Below are positions 43,092 through 64,000 of a stretch of DNA of 64,000 nucleotides, piece after piece (positions within the stretch are counted from its first letter, which is position 1; the number at the start of each line of letters is the position of its first letter). A model generated the notes under the pieces. That model saw only the letters and a list, made by a program, of their open reading frames with translations. It was not told where the DNA came from and ran no database searches. The stretch is from the human T2T-CHM13v2.0 reference genome, Homo sapiens. The position numbers were made by a program, and so were the translations under genes. The stretch lies in NCBI RefSeq assembly GCF_009914755.1, contig NC_060939.1; one strand, written 5' to 3'.

Positions 43092-43274
<183 letters not shown>

Positions 43275-44896
43275 CTAAGGGAAAGTAGGTGGAAATGGGG
43301 ATTACGGACTCGGGGAACCCTGCCCCATGACTGCTGCAGGGAGCTGGAAGGCTCCCAGCAACACAGCCTGCCCCCTCTGGGCAGCCAACCAGCAGCCTGT
43401 TCAGCTAAGTCCAATTCAATACATGTTCATGGAGCTCCTCCTAAGCACCCGACAGAGAGAAATTGTGTCTTCAACGGACTCAAAAGCGGAGGGGAGAGAA
43501 ACACAGAGACATGTCTCTTTGTGATCCCCAGCAAGACAAGCAGAATATAATGGAAGGCCAGCCAAAGGATAGGGGAGCACAGGAAAGAGGGAGGCCCAGT
43601 GCAGCTTCACGGTGGCACAGATATTTGCATCATTTGTGTCTTGAAGAATAAAGAGGTTGTCAGCAGTCAGAGAAGGAGACGGAAAGGCCTTCTGGGTTAC
43701 AGGAGCAACTTGAGCAGAGCCCACAAAGTTTGGAAATAGATGGGCCATTAGGGACAAGAAGGGTCTGTGTGGTTCCCCAACAGGGTTTGTCAAGGATGTC
43801 ATACAAATAATGACTCCTACATCTACTATCTCCTGACTCAGATTTCAGTTGTTCATGGGATGCCTTGGTAGAGGTATGATCCAGCAGTGTCTGGATCAGA
43901 TGTGCCATTGTCCCAAACTCATTGTGTCCAAACCCATTCCAAGCACTCCCTTGATGAATCACATTACTTCACAAATGTACCCGAGCTAGAAGCACAGGAG
44001 TCACCTTGGACTCTTCTTTCTATTCCCTTGCCACATCTGACTGGCCAAAAGCTTCCTTGTCGGTTCCATTTACTAAATATCTCTTGAAAGTCATCCCCAT
44101 TTCCACAGCCACTTTCTTAGCATGGTGGCAGCAAGGTGCACTGTACAAATTTTGGTGTTGCAATCCTGGGTTTGAATCCCAGCTCAGCCACTCATTAGCT
44201 GTGTGAAGCTAGAACCCCTTGTGTAGTTTCCTCATCTGCAAAATGAAGAAAATAAAATTCCCACCTCATGTGATTGCTGTGAAGAATACATGCATACAAA
44301 AGCCTTCATGCAATCCTGGCCCACACTAAGGGCTCTGGAATTAATGGCCATTATTATTGTCATTGTGAGAACACAAAAGCCCTCTATGACTTCCCATCTT
44401 CTACAGGATCACATCTAAACTCTTGAGCAAGGCATCAAGAGTTGGTCCTTACCCCACGCTTGGTACACTTCAGCCACACTTAAGGTTTACCGTTCCTTTT
44501 CTCATGCCATTTCCTCAGCCAGCACAGCCCTTCCCTCCTCCACCCACAGAATTAACTTCGTTCCCTACATCCCAGTTCAAATTGATCCATCAATCATGTG
44601 CTGTCTCTATTTCTCTCTCAATAAACCTTCAGCAGTCCAGCAAACCAGTGGCTCCCCATCTGTGTCTCAAAGAGGCATGTTCATTCCTCCAGCCTAACCT
44701 TGGTTCCACTGGGTGTGAGTTAGGTGTATGGTGTGTCTCCCACAGACAGGGAGCCCCAGCAAGCAGGGAAGACCCTCCTTCATGTCAGTATCCTGGTGCC
44801 TGGTACAGTGCCTGCCATGGAGCAGACCTCAACAAAGCTGTTAAATTCAAATGAGCCACAAGAAGACTATGTGCTCAGTAGACACTGGGATTCCAT

Positions 44897-45176
44897 TTTT
44901 TTTTTTTTTTGAGACAGGGTCTTGCTCTGTTGCCCAGGACGGAGTGCAGTGGTGCTACTACAGCTCACTGCAACTTCTGGGCTCAAGCGATCCTCCAGTG
45001 ATCCTCCTGCCTCAGCCTCCCAAGTAGCTGGGACTACAGATGTGTGCCACCACACCTAGCTAGTTTTTTGTTTTGTTTTTTGTAGAGATGGGGTTTTGTC
45101 ATGTTGCCCAGGCTGGTCTTGAACTCCTGGACTTAAGCATCTGCCCACCTCAGCCTTCCAAAATGCTGGGATTACA
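44897..45176 (-). mobile_element. AluJ (followed by a MER5-like MITE at ~45265-45440)
   Basis: Reverse Alu consensus. Confidence 0.85.
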
Positions 45177-46072
45177 TGGGATCCCTTCATAGTTCAAATC
45201 AGAGTCCTGAAGAAATCAAAGTTTCAAGAGCCAACATCAGACCGTTCTGGCTCTGATCTGAAACTATAGATCCATGGTTCTCAGCCTTCTCTTTGCATCA
45301 AATTCAGCTGGAGTTTTAAAAGATACAGATACTAAGTCCCTACCCCTAGCAATTGTGATATAATAGATCTGGGGTGGGGCCTGGGCCATGGTGGGTATTA
45401 AAAGCTCTGCTGTGCAGCCAGGGTTGAGATCTTCAGCTGCAGCTCAGGGGGATCCACCACGTCACACAGGGCTCCTAGTCCAAGAGCTGCTGGGAGAATC
45501 AGGGACCTGGCTCATAGGGATCATTGAGAGAATAATCCTCTCAGCTGCTGAGCACTGGTGCCCCCTGCCCCATCTGGTTGACTCTTACTCCAGGGTGCTA
45601 TAAAAATAGCATTTTCCATGTGTGCCATGAAGGCAAAAAGGTTGGGAAGGGCTGATGGAATGAATACTCACTAGCCCACTGTGCATGTTCCAGAGTCAGG
45701 GCTAGGAGACTTGCGCATGTTGACTTATTTAGCTTTCACAACACACCCATGGCAGGAAGTTTGTGATTCCTATTTTTCTCATGAGAAAAACAAGCCCAGA
45801 GGTTAAGTCCCTACCCAAGGCCACAGAGATGGAAAGTGATAGTATCATGGGACTCCAGCCCCAGAGGTAACTCACTACACACTGGAGCTATGCAGGAAAT
45901 CTCTGTCTAAGCAACTGAGTACTTCAGGGACAGGCAAAGAGGAAGGAAAAAGGAGGAGAGAGTCAGTGAGAGGAAGAAAAGGGGATCTGGGGAAAAGGGG
46001 AAAGAAAGAAGAGGCAAGATTGGGGAGGGCATAAGTAGCTTCACAGGGCTGTCCCAAGAGTTCTGAGTGAAG

Positions 46073-46365
46073 GGCTGGGCACAGTGGCTCATACCTGTAA
46101 TCCCAGCACTTTGGGAGGCTGAGGTGGATGGACCACGAGGTTAGGAGTTCAAGACCAGTCTGGCCAACATGGTGAAACCCTGTCTCTACTAAAAATACAA
46201 AATTAGCCAGGTGTGGTGGTGGGTGCCTGTAATCCCGGTTACTCGGGAGGCTGAGGCAGGAGAATTGCTTAACCTGGGAGGTGGAGGTTGCAGTGAGCCA
46301 AGATCACGCCACTGCACTCCAGACTGGGTGACAGAGCAAGACTCTGTCTCAAAAAAAAAAAAAAA
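46073..46365 (+). mobile_element. AluSg-like
   Basis: 16-bp TSD aagagttctgagtgaa. Confidence 0.9.
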
Positions 46366-46701
46366 GAGTTCTGAGTGAAAAGTGACATTCTCCAGTATAC
46401 CTCAGTCTGGGGGAGGGTGAGCAGGGGAGCCCTGGCATTCCATAGGAGGAATGCAGACACAGGTTGTGCAGAGTGGAGAGCCTGAGGCTGCTCCCCTGGA
46501 TGCCTATTCAACCTCAATGCCAGGGTCAGATGGATGAAATGGACCTACAGCACTTAGCCTCAGGCTTGCTGTGTGGACTTAACACATCTGGATTATGGTG
46601 GGTGCTTAGTAAATGTCAGTCTATCAGCCTGCCCCTCTCTCATTCCTTCTGGTTCCCCCAGATCTAAGCTGAGCCAGAGCCCCTGGATCAGGGATACTCA
46701 C

Positions 46702-46728
46702 AGGATGTAGGTGATGACGCCTATGCTC
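46702..46728 (-). CDS. DAPK2: DAPK2 27-nt microexon: (W)SIGVITYI(L)
   Basis: Kinase subdomain IX (DMWSIGVITYILLSG); tttattttgcag acceptor, gtgagt donor; phase 2-2. Confidence 0.96.
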
Positions 46729-47557
46729 CTGCAAAATAAAGAACAGTCAAGTCAGGGCCACCTGGGTCCCATCCCCGACCAGCAAGGGACACCCTCATGG
46801 ATCTAAGGGGAAGAGGTCACTTGCCTCCTCCACAGCAGACCCTGGATGCCGTCTCATGCTCCACACCCATCTCCATCCTGCTCTTCAGCAGCAGCCCGGG
46901 GTGTGTTTGGAGTCATCGAGCTCTGAACCCTGAGTCCGAAGACCCAAGTTCAAGATCAGACTCCTGCACTTGCAGGCTGTGTGATTTAGGTAAGTCCCTT
47001 ACCACCTCGGAGCCCTTCCCCCCTTGTAAAATGAGGATAATGATAACTACCTCACAGGACTGTTGGCAGGATTTTAGAAAACCAGGTAACAAAGGTGCTT
47101 GGCCAACTATAAAGCAGCGTCCAAATGAAACGAGTCCCATCTGTGCAGAGGACTAATCCCTGCAGTATCCACAGGCCCAGCACAGTGCCCAGAACTCATG
47201 GACTTTCAGTGATGACTTGGTTGGCTGACTGAGCGAGCTACTGTTACTATTATATTTAACCCCAGCTGGGGCAGGCCCACGGGTGAGTCTGCGCCTCCCC
47301 CTTGCCTCTCCTCTTGCTCCTCCATTCCTGACAAAGCTCTGACCTGGCCAGGAGCTAACTGGCCTCAGGTCCAGGCCTAGAGACCTCCAGCTGCCCTGGC
47401 CACAGGTCTAACACATCGGGGGAGCAGCCAGAGGCTCTGAACAGTGAGTGTGGAGTAAGGGGCTTTCATGGTTAAGCGGATGTCACCTGGAGCAGGATCT
47501 GAGGCCTTCCGCCCTTGGAAGGATCGCTAGGTCACCTGAGTGGCCTATCCAACTTAC

Positions 47558-47606
47558 CACATGTCAGCCTCCAGACCCAGGGGCTCGTAGTTCACAATTT
47601 CTGGAG
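47558..47606 (-). CDS. DAPK2: DAPK2 exon (49 nt): (A)PEIVNYEPLGLEADM(W)
   Basis: Completes the APE motif in phase with the previous exon; ttcag acceptor, gtaagt donor. Confidence 0.97.
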
Positions 47607-47771
47607 CTGAAAGAAGTCATATTAAATAGTCAACATGAGTGTGAAAATGAGAGGAGAGATGGTTTTAGGGAATTTTAGGGAATTTGGTGCCAAATATCTC
47701 CATCCTGAATCTCCAGGAAAATTAGAGCAGCAGATAAAGGTGATCTGCATCTAAGATTCTGAGGAAAGGAG

Positions 47772-48454
47772 TTGCCATGGCCCAAATGTTTGTGCGTCCC
47801 CAAATTCATATATCGAAAGCAAATCCCCAATGCAATAGTATTAAGAAGTAGAGTCTTTAGGAGGTGATTAGGTCATGAGAATGGAAACCTCACAAGTGGG
47901 ACTAGTACCCTTATAAAGAGGCCCGAGGGCTGGCTGTGGTGGCTCACACCTATAATCCCAGCACTTTGGGAGGCTGAGGCAGGAGGATTGCTGGAGCCCA
48001 GGAGTTGGAGACCAGCCTGGGCAGCACAGTGAGACCCCATCTCCACAAAACATTTTTTAAAATTAGCTGGGCATGATGGCACATGTCTGCAGTCCCAGGT
48101 ACTTGGGAAGAGGCTGAGGTGGGAGGATTGCTTGAGCCTGGGAAGGCTGACGCTGCAGTGAGCCATCATTGCACCACTACACTCCAGCCTGGGTGACAGA
48201 GTGAGACCCATCTTAAAAAAAAGAGAAAGAAATAGAAAAAGAGGCCTGAGAGAACTTGTTTGCCCCTTTGGTCATTTGACAACTTAGCAAGAAGGCACCA
48301 TCTATGAAACAGGGTGAGCTCTCACCAGAGTCCAAATTTGCTGGCACCTTGACCTTGGACTTCCTATCCTTCAAAACTGTAAGCAATAAATTTCTGTTGT
48401 TTATAAATGACCCACTTTAAGGTATTTCATTAAAGCAGCCCAAAAGGACTAAGA
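47772..48454 (+). mobile_element. MST/MLT1-type MaLR LTR split by an AluJ (~47927-48240)
   Basis: tgccatggcccaaatgtttgtg...gcaataaatttctgttgtttataaa...gactaaga; Alu TSD aaagaggcc(c/t)gag. Confidence 0.8.
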
Positions 48455-49023
48455 AAAGAGTTGTCTGTTATCCTGGTAGAAACCTTTTACAAACAGGCCT
48501 TGATAGGAAGAGGAAAAGTACACCGAACACCTGAAAAAGGAAGAGAAGGGCAGGGAGAGGAAGGTACAGGAAGGAGAAATGGGGCCTCGGCTATGTGGCC
48601 TGCTTTAGAACTCTCTGGTAAAGACCAGTCATGTCAGTGCTGGAAAGTGATGAAGAAGAAGGCAGAGAAGAACTCCATTTTCCTGAGTCTGGTCTGAAAG
48701 AGGGTACCTCCCACCTGAGGAGCAGGAGGACATTCCTGGGGGTCCCTGAGACAATGAGCTTGAGGTGCCTGAGGGGCAGCCAGGGGAAGATGTCCAGGGG
48801 CAGGCTCCAGGGGAGTGGTCCAGAGCCATCACGTTTGGAGCCATCCATGTACAGGAAGGAGCAGGAGCTGAGCCAACGATGTGATGAGCAGGAGAGGGTG
48901 CAGAGACTAGGAGAGATGGCTCTGCCAAGGAGAGAAGAAGATCAAATGCTCCCCAGAGATCAAGCAGATAATCCCTGGAAAGTGAGTGTTGAATTTCACA
49001 GCCCCGCAGTGCCCAGAGTGTCA

Positions 49024-54142
<5,119 letters not shown>

Positions 54143-56366
54143 ATCCAATTTTGTAGGAGGAGGGCTTTTCAGAACACCTAATCCACCCTAGTACTAAAAG
54201 CTGACACTAATTTTTTAACCCTGGGTCTCAGGTTAGAATATCAAAGGAATGGTGGGAGCAGGGGAAAATGGTTATAACCTGTTTCTCAGGGGTCTTGGGA
54301 AAGAAAGTCATCACAATTTAGCCAAGAGGTTGGAGAAGTCATCTTATATATTTTAAGGTAAAACAAAACCAGTGCAAACAAAACCATACTGGCTCACAAA
54401 AGCCAATGAGGTATATGTCTTTCCAACTCTGTGTTGAGTGACAACATGCCAGTACCTTGAAATTGGCCAATGCTATAAATTAGGGAATTTTTTTTTGAGA
54501 CCTGGTTATTGGATATTTATCAGCATACCACTGGGCAAAACTCTCCATTGTATAGCCTCATCCATCAATAACCCACTCACACTAACAGTCTAGTGTGAAC
54601 TCTGGGCTCCATTTGGAGTGGACAGTGACTTGTCCCTGATAAATGCCTTACTCTGGCCTTACTTCCCTGGTAGGGTATCAGTGAACCTGGGAGGTGTTCC
54701 TCCCCTCCTCTGGCTCCCTCCCCACCCCTCTTCAGAGACCTCTCCCACTCCAACACCAGCCCTTTTCCTCTCACTCACTCAAGGCCATGACTGATCCCAT
54801 TGACTTTGCCAGAGTGGGTATCTCATATGAACAGTCTTTTCAGAACATCTATTTTACTTGCTTTACACTTAATCACATCCTGTCTTGTGATACCTCTTCC
54901 TTATTGCTCTCAGTTTCTAGTTGTTTATTGTTATTTAACAATTATAATAAACTTAATAGACATGCATTTTTACCACATATGTGAATGGTGGGTAGCAACT
55001 GCTCTTTCAGACAAAGCTCAAGTCTAGATGTCTGTGCCCCAGGTTTAAGTTGGCTCTGCCACCAACTTGTGACCTTGGGTGTGTCATTCTGAGTATGGCT
55101 CCTTAACATCGCTGTGTCCCCCATACATCACCTAATATCTGTCATACAGTAGGTGACAAATAACCTGAGTTTACCTTAACTAAAATCCCCCAGCCTGCCA
55201 TCTCCACGTGTGTTAAACTGGACCAGAAAATCTAAAAAGATCCTTCTGGCACTCTTTTTTGATGGTTTGATGCCTTGTTTCTACAACTAAATTGTAAGCT
55301 CTTTGAGGGCAGGGTTTGTTAGAGAGACAACCTGGCATAATGGGAAGAGCACAGGCTTTGCTGTTGGCTGTATCTGTATTTGAATCTCAGCTCCACTGCC
55401 TACTGGTTGGGTTGCCTTGAACAAGGCACCTGTTGGAGAAAATAATTAACTCTGCTTCATGAAGCCATTTGGGGATAATTAAGACAATGTTTGTAGAGCA
55501 TGAGACATAGTGCCTGGCACACAGCAAGGGCTTCCTGCCCTGGGATCTGTGGGGTCTCTGAGCAGCATTCTACGGTGGCTGCAGAGCCTGAAAATCCACC
55601 AGGTGGTTGGTCTGACACATTCTTTCTTTTTTATTTGACTGTGGTCAGAAGTTTTAGCACCCAGATTTTGAGGACATCATGCCCTCCCTATCTCCAAGAC
55701 CACTCCAACTCCCAAAGCAGATAAACAGATGGTGGTTCTCAGCGCTCATTCCTTCCCCCTCTACAGGCTATTTCTTCATGACCCCAATCTCCGGCGCAAG
55801 CCCTATAAGGAGGCTTCTGGGGTACAGAATGGGCAGGGGCCTGGGCCAAGGGTGACAGAAACAGAGGGAAGAGAAAGCAGCCAGGGCCCCACTGGAGCTG
55901 GGCACCCCCATGCATGAATAAAGCCAGGCATAGAGGAGAGGCGAGTGGGTGGATGTGGTATTTGGCAGATGATTTCCTTTTTCCTTTTCAGGAAATCAAA
56001 AGCTAGTTCAGAGAAGGTTGAGTTTATGGGAATTCAAGAGGGCGAGGTAATTTTAAGTCTTCACAAGAATAAACTCATCTAAGAGCACGAGGTGGGGCCA
56101 GCGCTACAAGGGTTTAACCTTACAGGCTGTAGCCCCACTGAGAGCCACTGGGCCCCACTCAGCCCTTGCCTCACTGAGCACTCAAAGCCTACACCTGGGC
56201 CCTCATCCCCAGGCCCAATAAGACATTTCCTTCCCCACCCATTAGGTTTCTAGAGATGTCCCAATGCATCATCTCTTTGCTCAGAGGCCATAGCCCCAGA
56301 CACAGGTTTCTTCCCAGGATCCCTACCTTTGATGCCAGATTCTTAGCTGAAAGACAAACAGGCCTA

Positions 56367-56801
<435 letters not shown>

Positions 56802-57359
56802 TTAATGCAGTGCCTCTGTTTTCCTATCTGTCAAATGGGGCCAATGAGATACTTGCAGCATTTCCTGTAAACAAACCCAGCACTGCTGTGTGGGTGTGAA
56901 AGGGACGGGGACATCCCAGCTTAGCCTCTGTTTATACTTGGCTTACTGACCTTGGTCTTCCTGACCGCCTCTTTCCCCTGGCCAGCCAACTTCCTGTTGA
57001 CAACATTCCCCTCCTCTAGACTCACTGTGTAGCCCACACTTCTCTCTGCGTTTAACTAATTTTGGTCCTCAGCAGGACACAGGAAAAATGCACCCGATTT
57101 CCAGGGAAAATACCAGCTGCTCAGGCTATTTCCAGCCCAGCAAGCAGCTGCCAGGTCTGACACAACAATGCAGGTGGGTGCAGGGTAGGGGACAGCCCCT
57201 CACACACCCATGGGCCTGGCCCTCGCACACCCCAGACTCCCAGTGAGGCTGCAATGGAATCCTGAGCTCTCCCTTCTCACTCCCACCCAACCACTCAGAC
57301 TACGGTCCCCTCTGCCTCACCCACTTTCTCCCACTCCACACAACTTTCCTTCACTCCAC

Positions 57360-58230
<871 letters not shown>

Positions 58231-59412
58231 ACATCCCTGTTTCTTAAAGCACTGAAGGGTTTCCACAGCTTGCACCTTTGTTCACACCATCTGCTCTGCC
58301 TGGAAAGCCTTCTGTTCAGTCTCTGTCCATTGAAATCCTAGCTGGGCTTCAAAGTCTAACTCAACCCACTGTGTTCTTGCAGACTTTCCTCAGCAACCCT
58401 GAGCACCCTCCACCACCCCCAGGAGTGAGCCCCACCCCGCTCCAGGCCCCACCAGGCTTATTTGAACCTTTCTGTGATGACATTTGGCATGCTTTCTCTT
58501 GTCCAGAGGCCCTTTGCTGTTTTTATCATAGCTCCCCTACCAGAGCTGTCCTCAGCCGGAAGGAGGACTCAGATCTTTGCATCTTTGCCCCTGCAATGCA
58601 GAGCACAGCAGCTGGCATGCTGAGGGTGACCCTAGCTGTTAGCTGAACTGATAGTGAATCTGGACAGATGCCTTCTCCCAGGTCCCCCTGGCTGCCTATG
58701 GTCTCTGTGACCTTCCAGCTGGAAACTTCCACTCAAGGGAGCTGACTGAGGCCTTCCTTGGCTTTTTTTCCTTTTTTTAAAAAAAATAAATAACACATTT
58801 CCTTTTGCATTTTTTTTTGCTTTTTTATTCTTCTTCCCCTCTGGAGATTACTCTCAACACTGTTTTGAAAATGTGTCCAAGTCTCCCCAAGGCACCGCAA
58901 ATTTCCCTAAGGCTGTACAGAAAGGAGCATGAGGGTGGGTGAAGTCAGCTTATGACCTGGAGAGGATCCAGGAAAGTGGCCCCACTCTAGCACCCCTGAC
59001 CAGCCCACTGGGGGCTGCCCATGGACCCAAGTGTCCTGGCACCCCATGCAGTCAGCTGCAACCTCCCAACTGCCAACTACCTCCCAGGCAGGCAGTTTCA
59101 CCCTCTTAGGAACTTCTCCTCTCCTCCAGGGAAAAGACAGTGAGACATCTCCCTGGGGCTGAAGGGCCATGGCCCAGCCCTCCCGACCACCATAGCTGAG
59201 AGCCCAGGACACCATCTCACACCACACGCTGAATGGGGGTGGGAGCCAGACCTGGTGATCCCCAGGACTATGGAGCAGCAGGGATGAGGTGGTGGAGGGG
59301 AAGAATTGAGGCTGAAATAAGATGGGAGTCTCCTTCCTCACACAGGCTCACCTCTGTGGCACACAGTCCAGGAGAGATGGTTTCTTCACTGGTCTATAAG
59401 AACCTCAGGGCA

Positions 59413-61108
<1,696 letters not shown>

Positions 61109-64000
61109 TCAGACACAGCTGGTTTCCTCCTCTGGCACCTGTGTCCTACCCCAGGGTGCCTTTTCTTCTGGTGATGCTTCCATGCAAGTGAGTAGCCCCA
61201 GAACCCATCCCTGGCCTCAGGAGCTCCTGAGCAGGAGGTCCTCAAGTCAGATGAGAAAACGGAGGTCCTGGCAGGGCGAACACCCAAGCTGGGTCTGGAT
61301 AAAGGGATGAAGCCTGGGGGTTTCAGGCTGGAAGGTGGCCGTGGAGCAGTAGGAATGCTCTGTTGGGTCGTCAGGACCCAGGTTCTCATCCCTACCTTCA
61401 CCACTCACTTATTGGGCCATTTGGACCAGACATACCCATAGACTCAGACCTGCCCTGATTGGGAGTAAACAGAGGCCATGGCTCCCTGCTATCCAGCCAT
61501 GTTTCTGCTTCCTTCCTAGGCCACCAAGGTACCTATAGGCTGGCCAGGGGATTTGGGCCCCTAAACCTGAAGCTCTACCTGCTTTCAGACAGGCTTCCTT
61601 CTTGCTGTCCCAAGCTCCACTATTAGCCTGATGACAGCCAGGACAGAGGGTAGGGACTAACATTTACAGCATGTTTACTAAGCCAAATTTGATGCTAGTG
61701 TTCTATGTGATCCTTGCAGCCACGCTGAGTGATAGGTACTGTTATAAACTCCATTTCACAGATAAGAAAACGGGGCTCACACAGGGCTAAATGATTTGCC
61801 AAGGTGCAACAGCTTGTAATGTCACAATCAGTGGGGAGCAGTGGGGTGGGGGCTTCCCTGGCAGTCCAATCCCTTTCTCCCCAACACATCACTGAATCTG
61901 GTTAAATATCTTCAGTGGTCCCACTGGCCACCGGAGAAAGTCCAAATGCCCCACCTGATATTTGAAGTAGTCAAGGCACTGACTGCCCCATGCTCTCTTT
62001 CCAGCCTCACCACCCATCCCTTGCCTGTACCTGCTCTATATCCCCGCAGGGTGGGCACTACCACTCCACAACGACATCTCAACTCCATCCTTTGCTCTGG
62101 CTTGGAATGCCTGTCCTACTCCTCTTCATTTTCAGAGCCTCTTCCCCCTCAACCCTGCCTCCCCTTACTCCCTTACTTAGAGAGAATCTTTTTCTAAAAA
62201 AAGAGATGAGATGTTGCCCAGACTGGATTTAAACTCCTGAGCTCAAGTGATCCTCCCCGCTCAGCCTCCTGAGTAGTTGGGATTACAGACATGAGCCACC
62301 CTGACCACCCAGCTAACTCCCTTACTTCTCCCTGAGCTTCCCCCAACCCTGTGCTCTAACCCCTCCGTGTTGATGACGCTGGCCTGCTGGCAGTCCTAAG
62401 CTGTAGGCTGTCTCTCACAGGTGATGCCACTTTCCTGGGTGGCAGCCTTTTCCCTGAGAAAATTCAAATTGGTTTTAGGATTCCTGGTATCCCCTGTGGC
62501 GTCTTGCATCCTGCATGTTCCATTAATATTTGAGGAAATGAATTGAAAGAATCCGGGGCCAGAGGCTCCTCCTTTTCTGCCAGGCCCCGCACCACCACTA
62601 GGGGCTCCAGAGTGCATTCCTCCTATAGGGCTGTGATGCGGATGGAGCAGGAAGGAACGGCACTAAGGGAGGGTCCAAAAGGAAGCTAAGGGTCAGCAGA
62701 GTGGCAGTTCCCCAGGAATTTGGTCTAAGCTTCTCTGCTTCCACCCTCCCCAAATAGAGCAGGGTGGTGCAAAAGAGCCCAGGCCTGCAGATTGGAAAAC
62801 TGCAGGTCCAGCTCCACCACCCAAGGCCATGTGAGCTTAAGCAGGCCACGTCCTTTCTCTGGGCCTCAGCCCCCCAACTGTAAGTCAGGCAGTGGATGGC
62901 ATCCAAAGCCCCTTCAAGCTCTAGGCTCTGCAGTTTCGAGATGGCACAACCTCCCAAGCTGGCTGTGAAAATTCCTACTGCTTTGGGCTCTAAGGCAGGA
63001 CGTGTAAAGGCGCAGGTCTCCTGGCCCCAGGTCAGGAAGAACAGGCTGCTGCAACCACACACTGCTGGGTCCAAGCCAGAGTGCCCTCTGGGGCAGTCCG
63101 ATCCTATCCATACTCCCCACTCCTGTCATTCTCCTCCAGCTTTATTTACTTCAACCAAATACTTCACCCACATACCTGACATCACCTCCAAAGCACGGCT
63201 GGAGGGAGGGGTCACATTCCCACAGGTGCCGCCACTGCCCAGCCCAGGGCCTGCCTGCCACCAGGAGGCAGAAATACCCTTGTCAAAACAAACCCACCCA
63301 GCTCATCCCGCCAGGGAGGCACCCATGGGAGAGGCCAACGTGCTCCTTTGTGTCCTGGGGGATCTGGCCAGAGGTGCCTGCTGTGGTGCCGACCAGAAGG
63401 TGGTTGTCCGGTGGGGCACCCATGGCCTGTGGGCCCAGCACAGCGTGTCCTGAAGTCTGAGCAGGATGAAGACACCCTTGGGGGGCTATGTCATAAAGTA
63501 CAAAAGACAAAGGCAAGTCTGGGTTCAAATCCCAGCTCTGCTGTTCACAGTATGAAAACTGGACAGACACTGGAGCTCTTAGAGGCTCAGTTTCCCATCT
63601 ATAAAATGGGGGCAAAACCTACTGAGCCACGGGGTTGTTCTGTGATTGAGAGAGATGGTTTATGTAAGGAGCAGCACCCAATGAGATTTCAGACAACAGT
63701 GGCTATGTTTGCTCATTCTTTTCTGGGATGCAGCATGAACAGTCATCCCTGGGAGCTCACAATGTTGGGGCTGCAAGGGACCTCAGAGATCATTTAGTCC
63801 CTTCATGTCAGAGCAGCCCAGAGACATCAAGAAACTACCAAGGTCACTGAGCAAGGACCTCCAGCCCAGTGCCCTCTCCAGATGCCCGTGTGGCCTGCCT
63901 GCTGCTGAGTGAGGCTGCTCTGCTCAGCAAAGCAGAGGCCCAGCCAGGGCTGTGCTGTGGGGACAAGGAAGCTGCCTACCAATCTTCACCGGCCATGTCA

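Noticed and set aside
55596-55609. CCACCAGGTGGTTG CTCF-like motif (also CCACTAGGGGCTCC near 62595)
   Set aside because: Both miss the conserved GGC ending; too weak without ChIP data.

Overview
Primate, almost certainly human, genomic DNA that is very rich in Alu, L1, MIR and MaLR repeats. Positions ~24.2-64 kb hold the 3' half of DAPK2 (DRP-1, death-associated protein kinase 2) on the minus strand. I traced five kinase-domain exons (56504 down to 41968), the three canonical exons for the calmodulin-regulatory region and tail (29348 down to 25670), and an alternative ZIPK/DAPK3-like leucine-zipper terminal exon (40495-39887, the DRP-1beta isoform). All have GT-AG boundaries with consistent phases. 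The upstream DAPK2 exons lie outside the window. Positions 1-24 kb are downstream/intergenic. Less obvious signals: (i) an AluY with a ~71-bp target-site duplication containing a perfect 18-bp-stem palindrome; (ii) a multi-template insertion (241-bp inverted copy plus 26-bp direct copy of nearby DNA) splitting an old ERVL LTR; (iii) a 5'-only CFAP53/CCDC11-like retrocopy; (iv) a distal DAPK2 poly(A) signal supplied by an MLT1 LTR; (v) a strong CTCF motif next to a perfect 53-bp tandem duplication. Protein and repeat-family identifications come from recalled reference sequences, not database searches.
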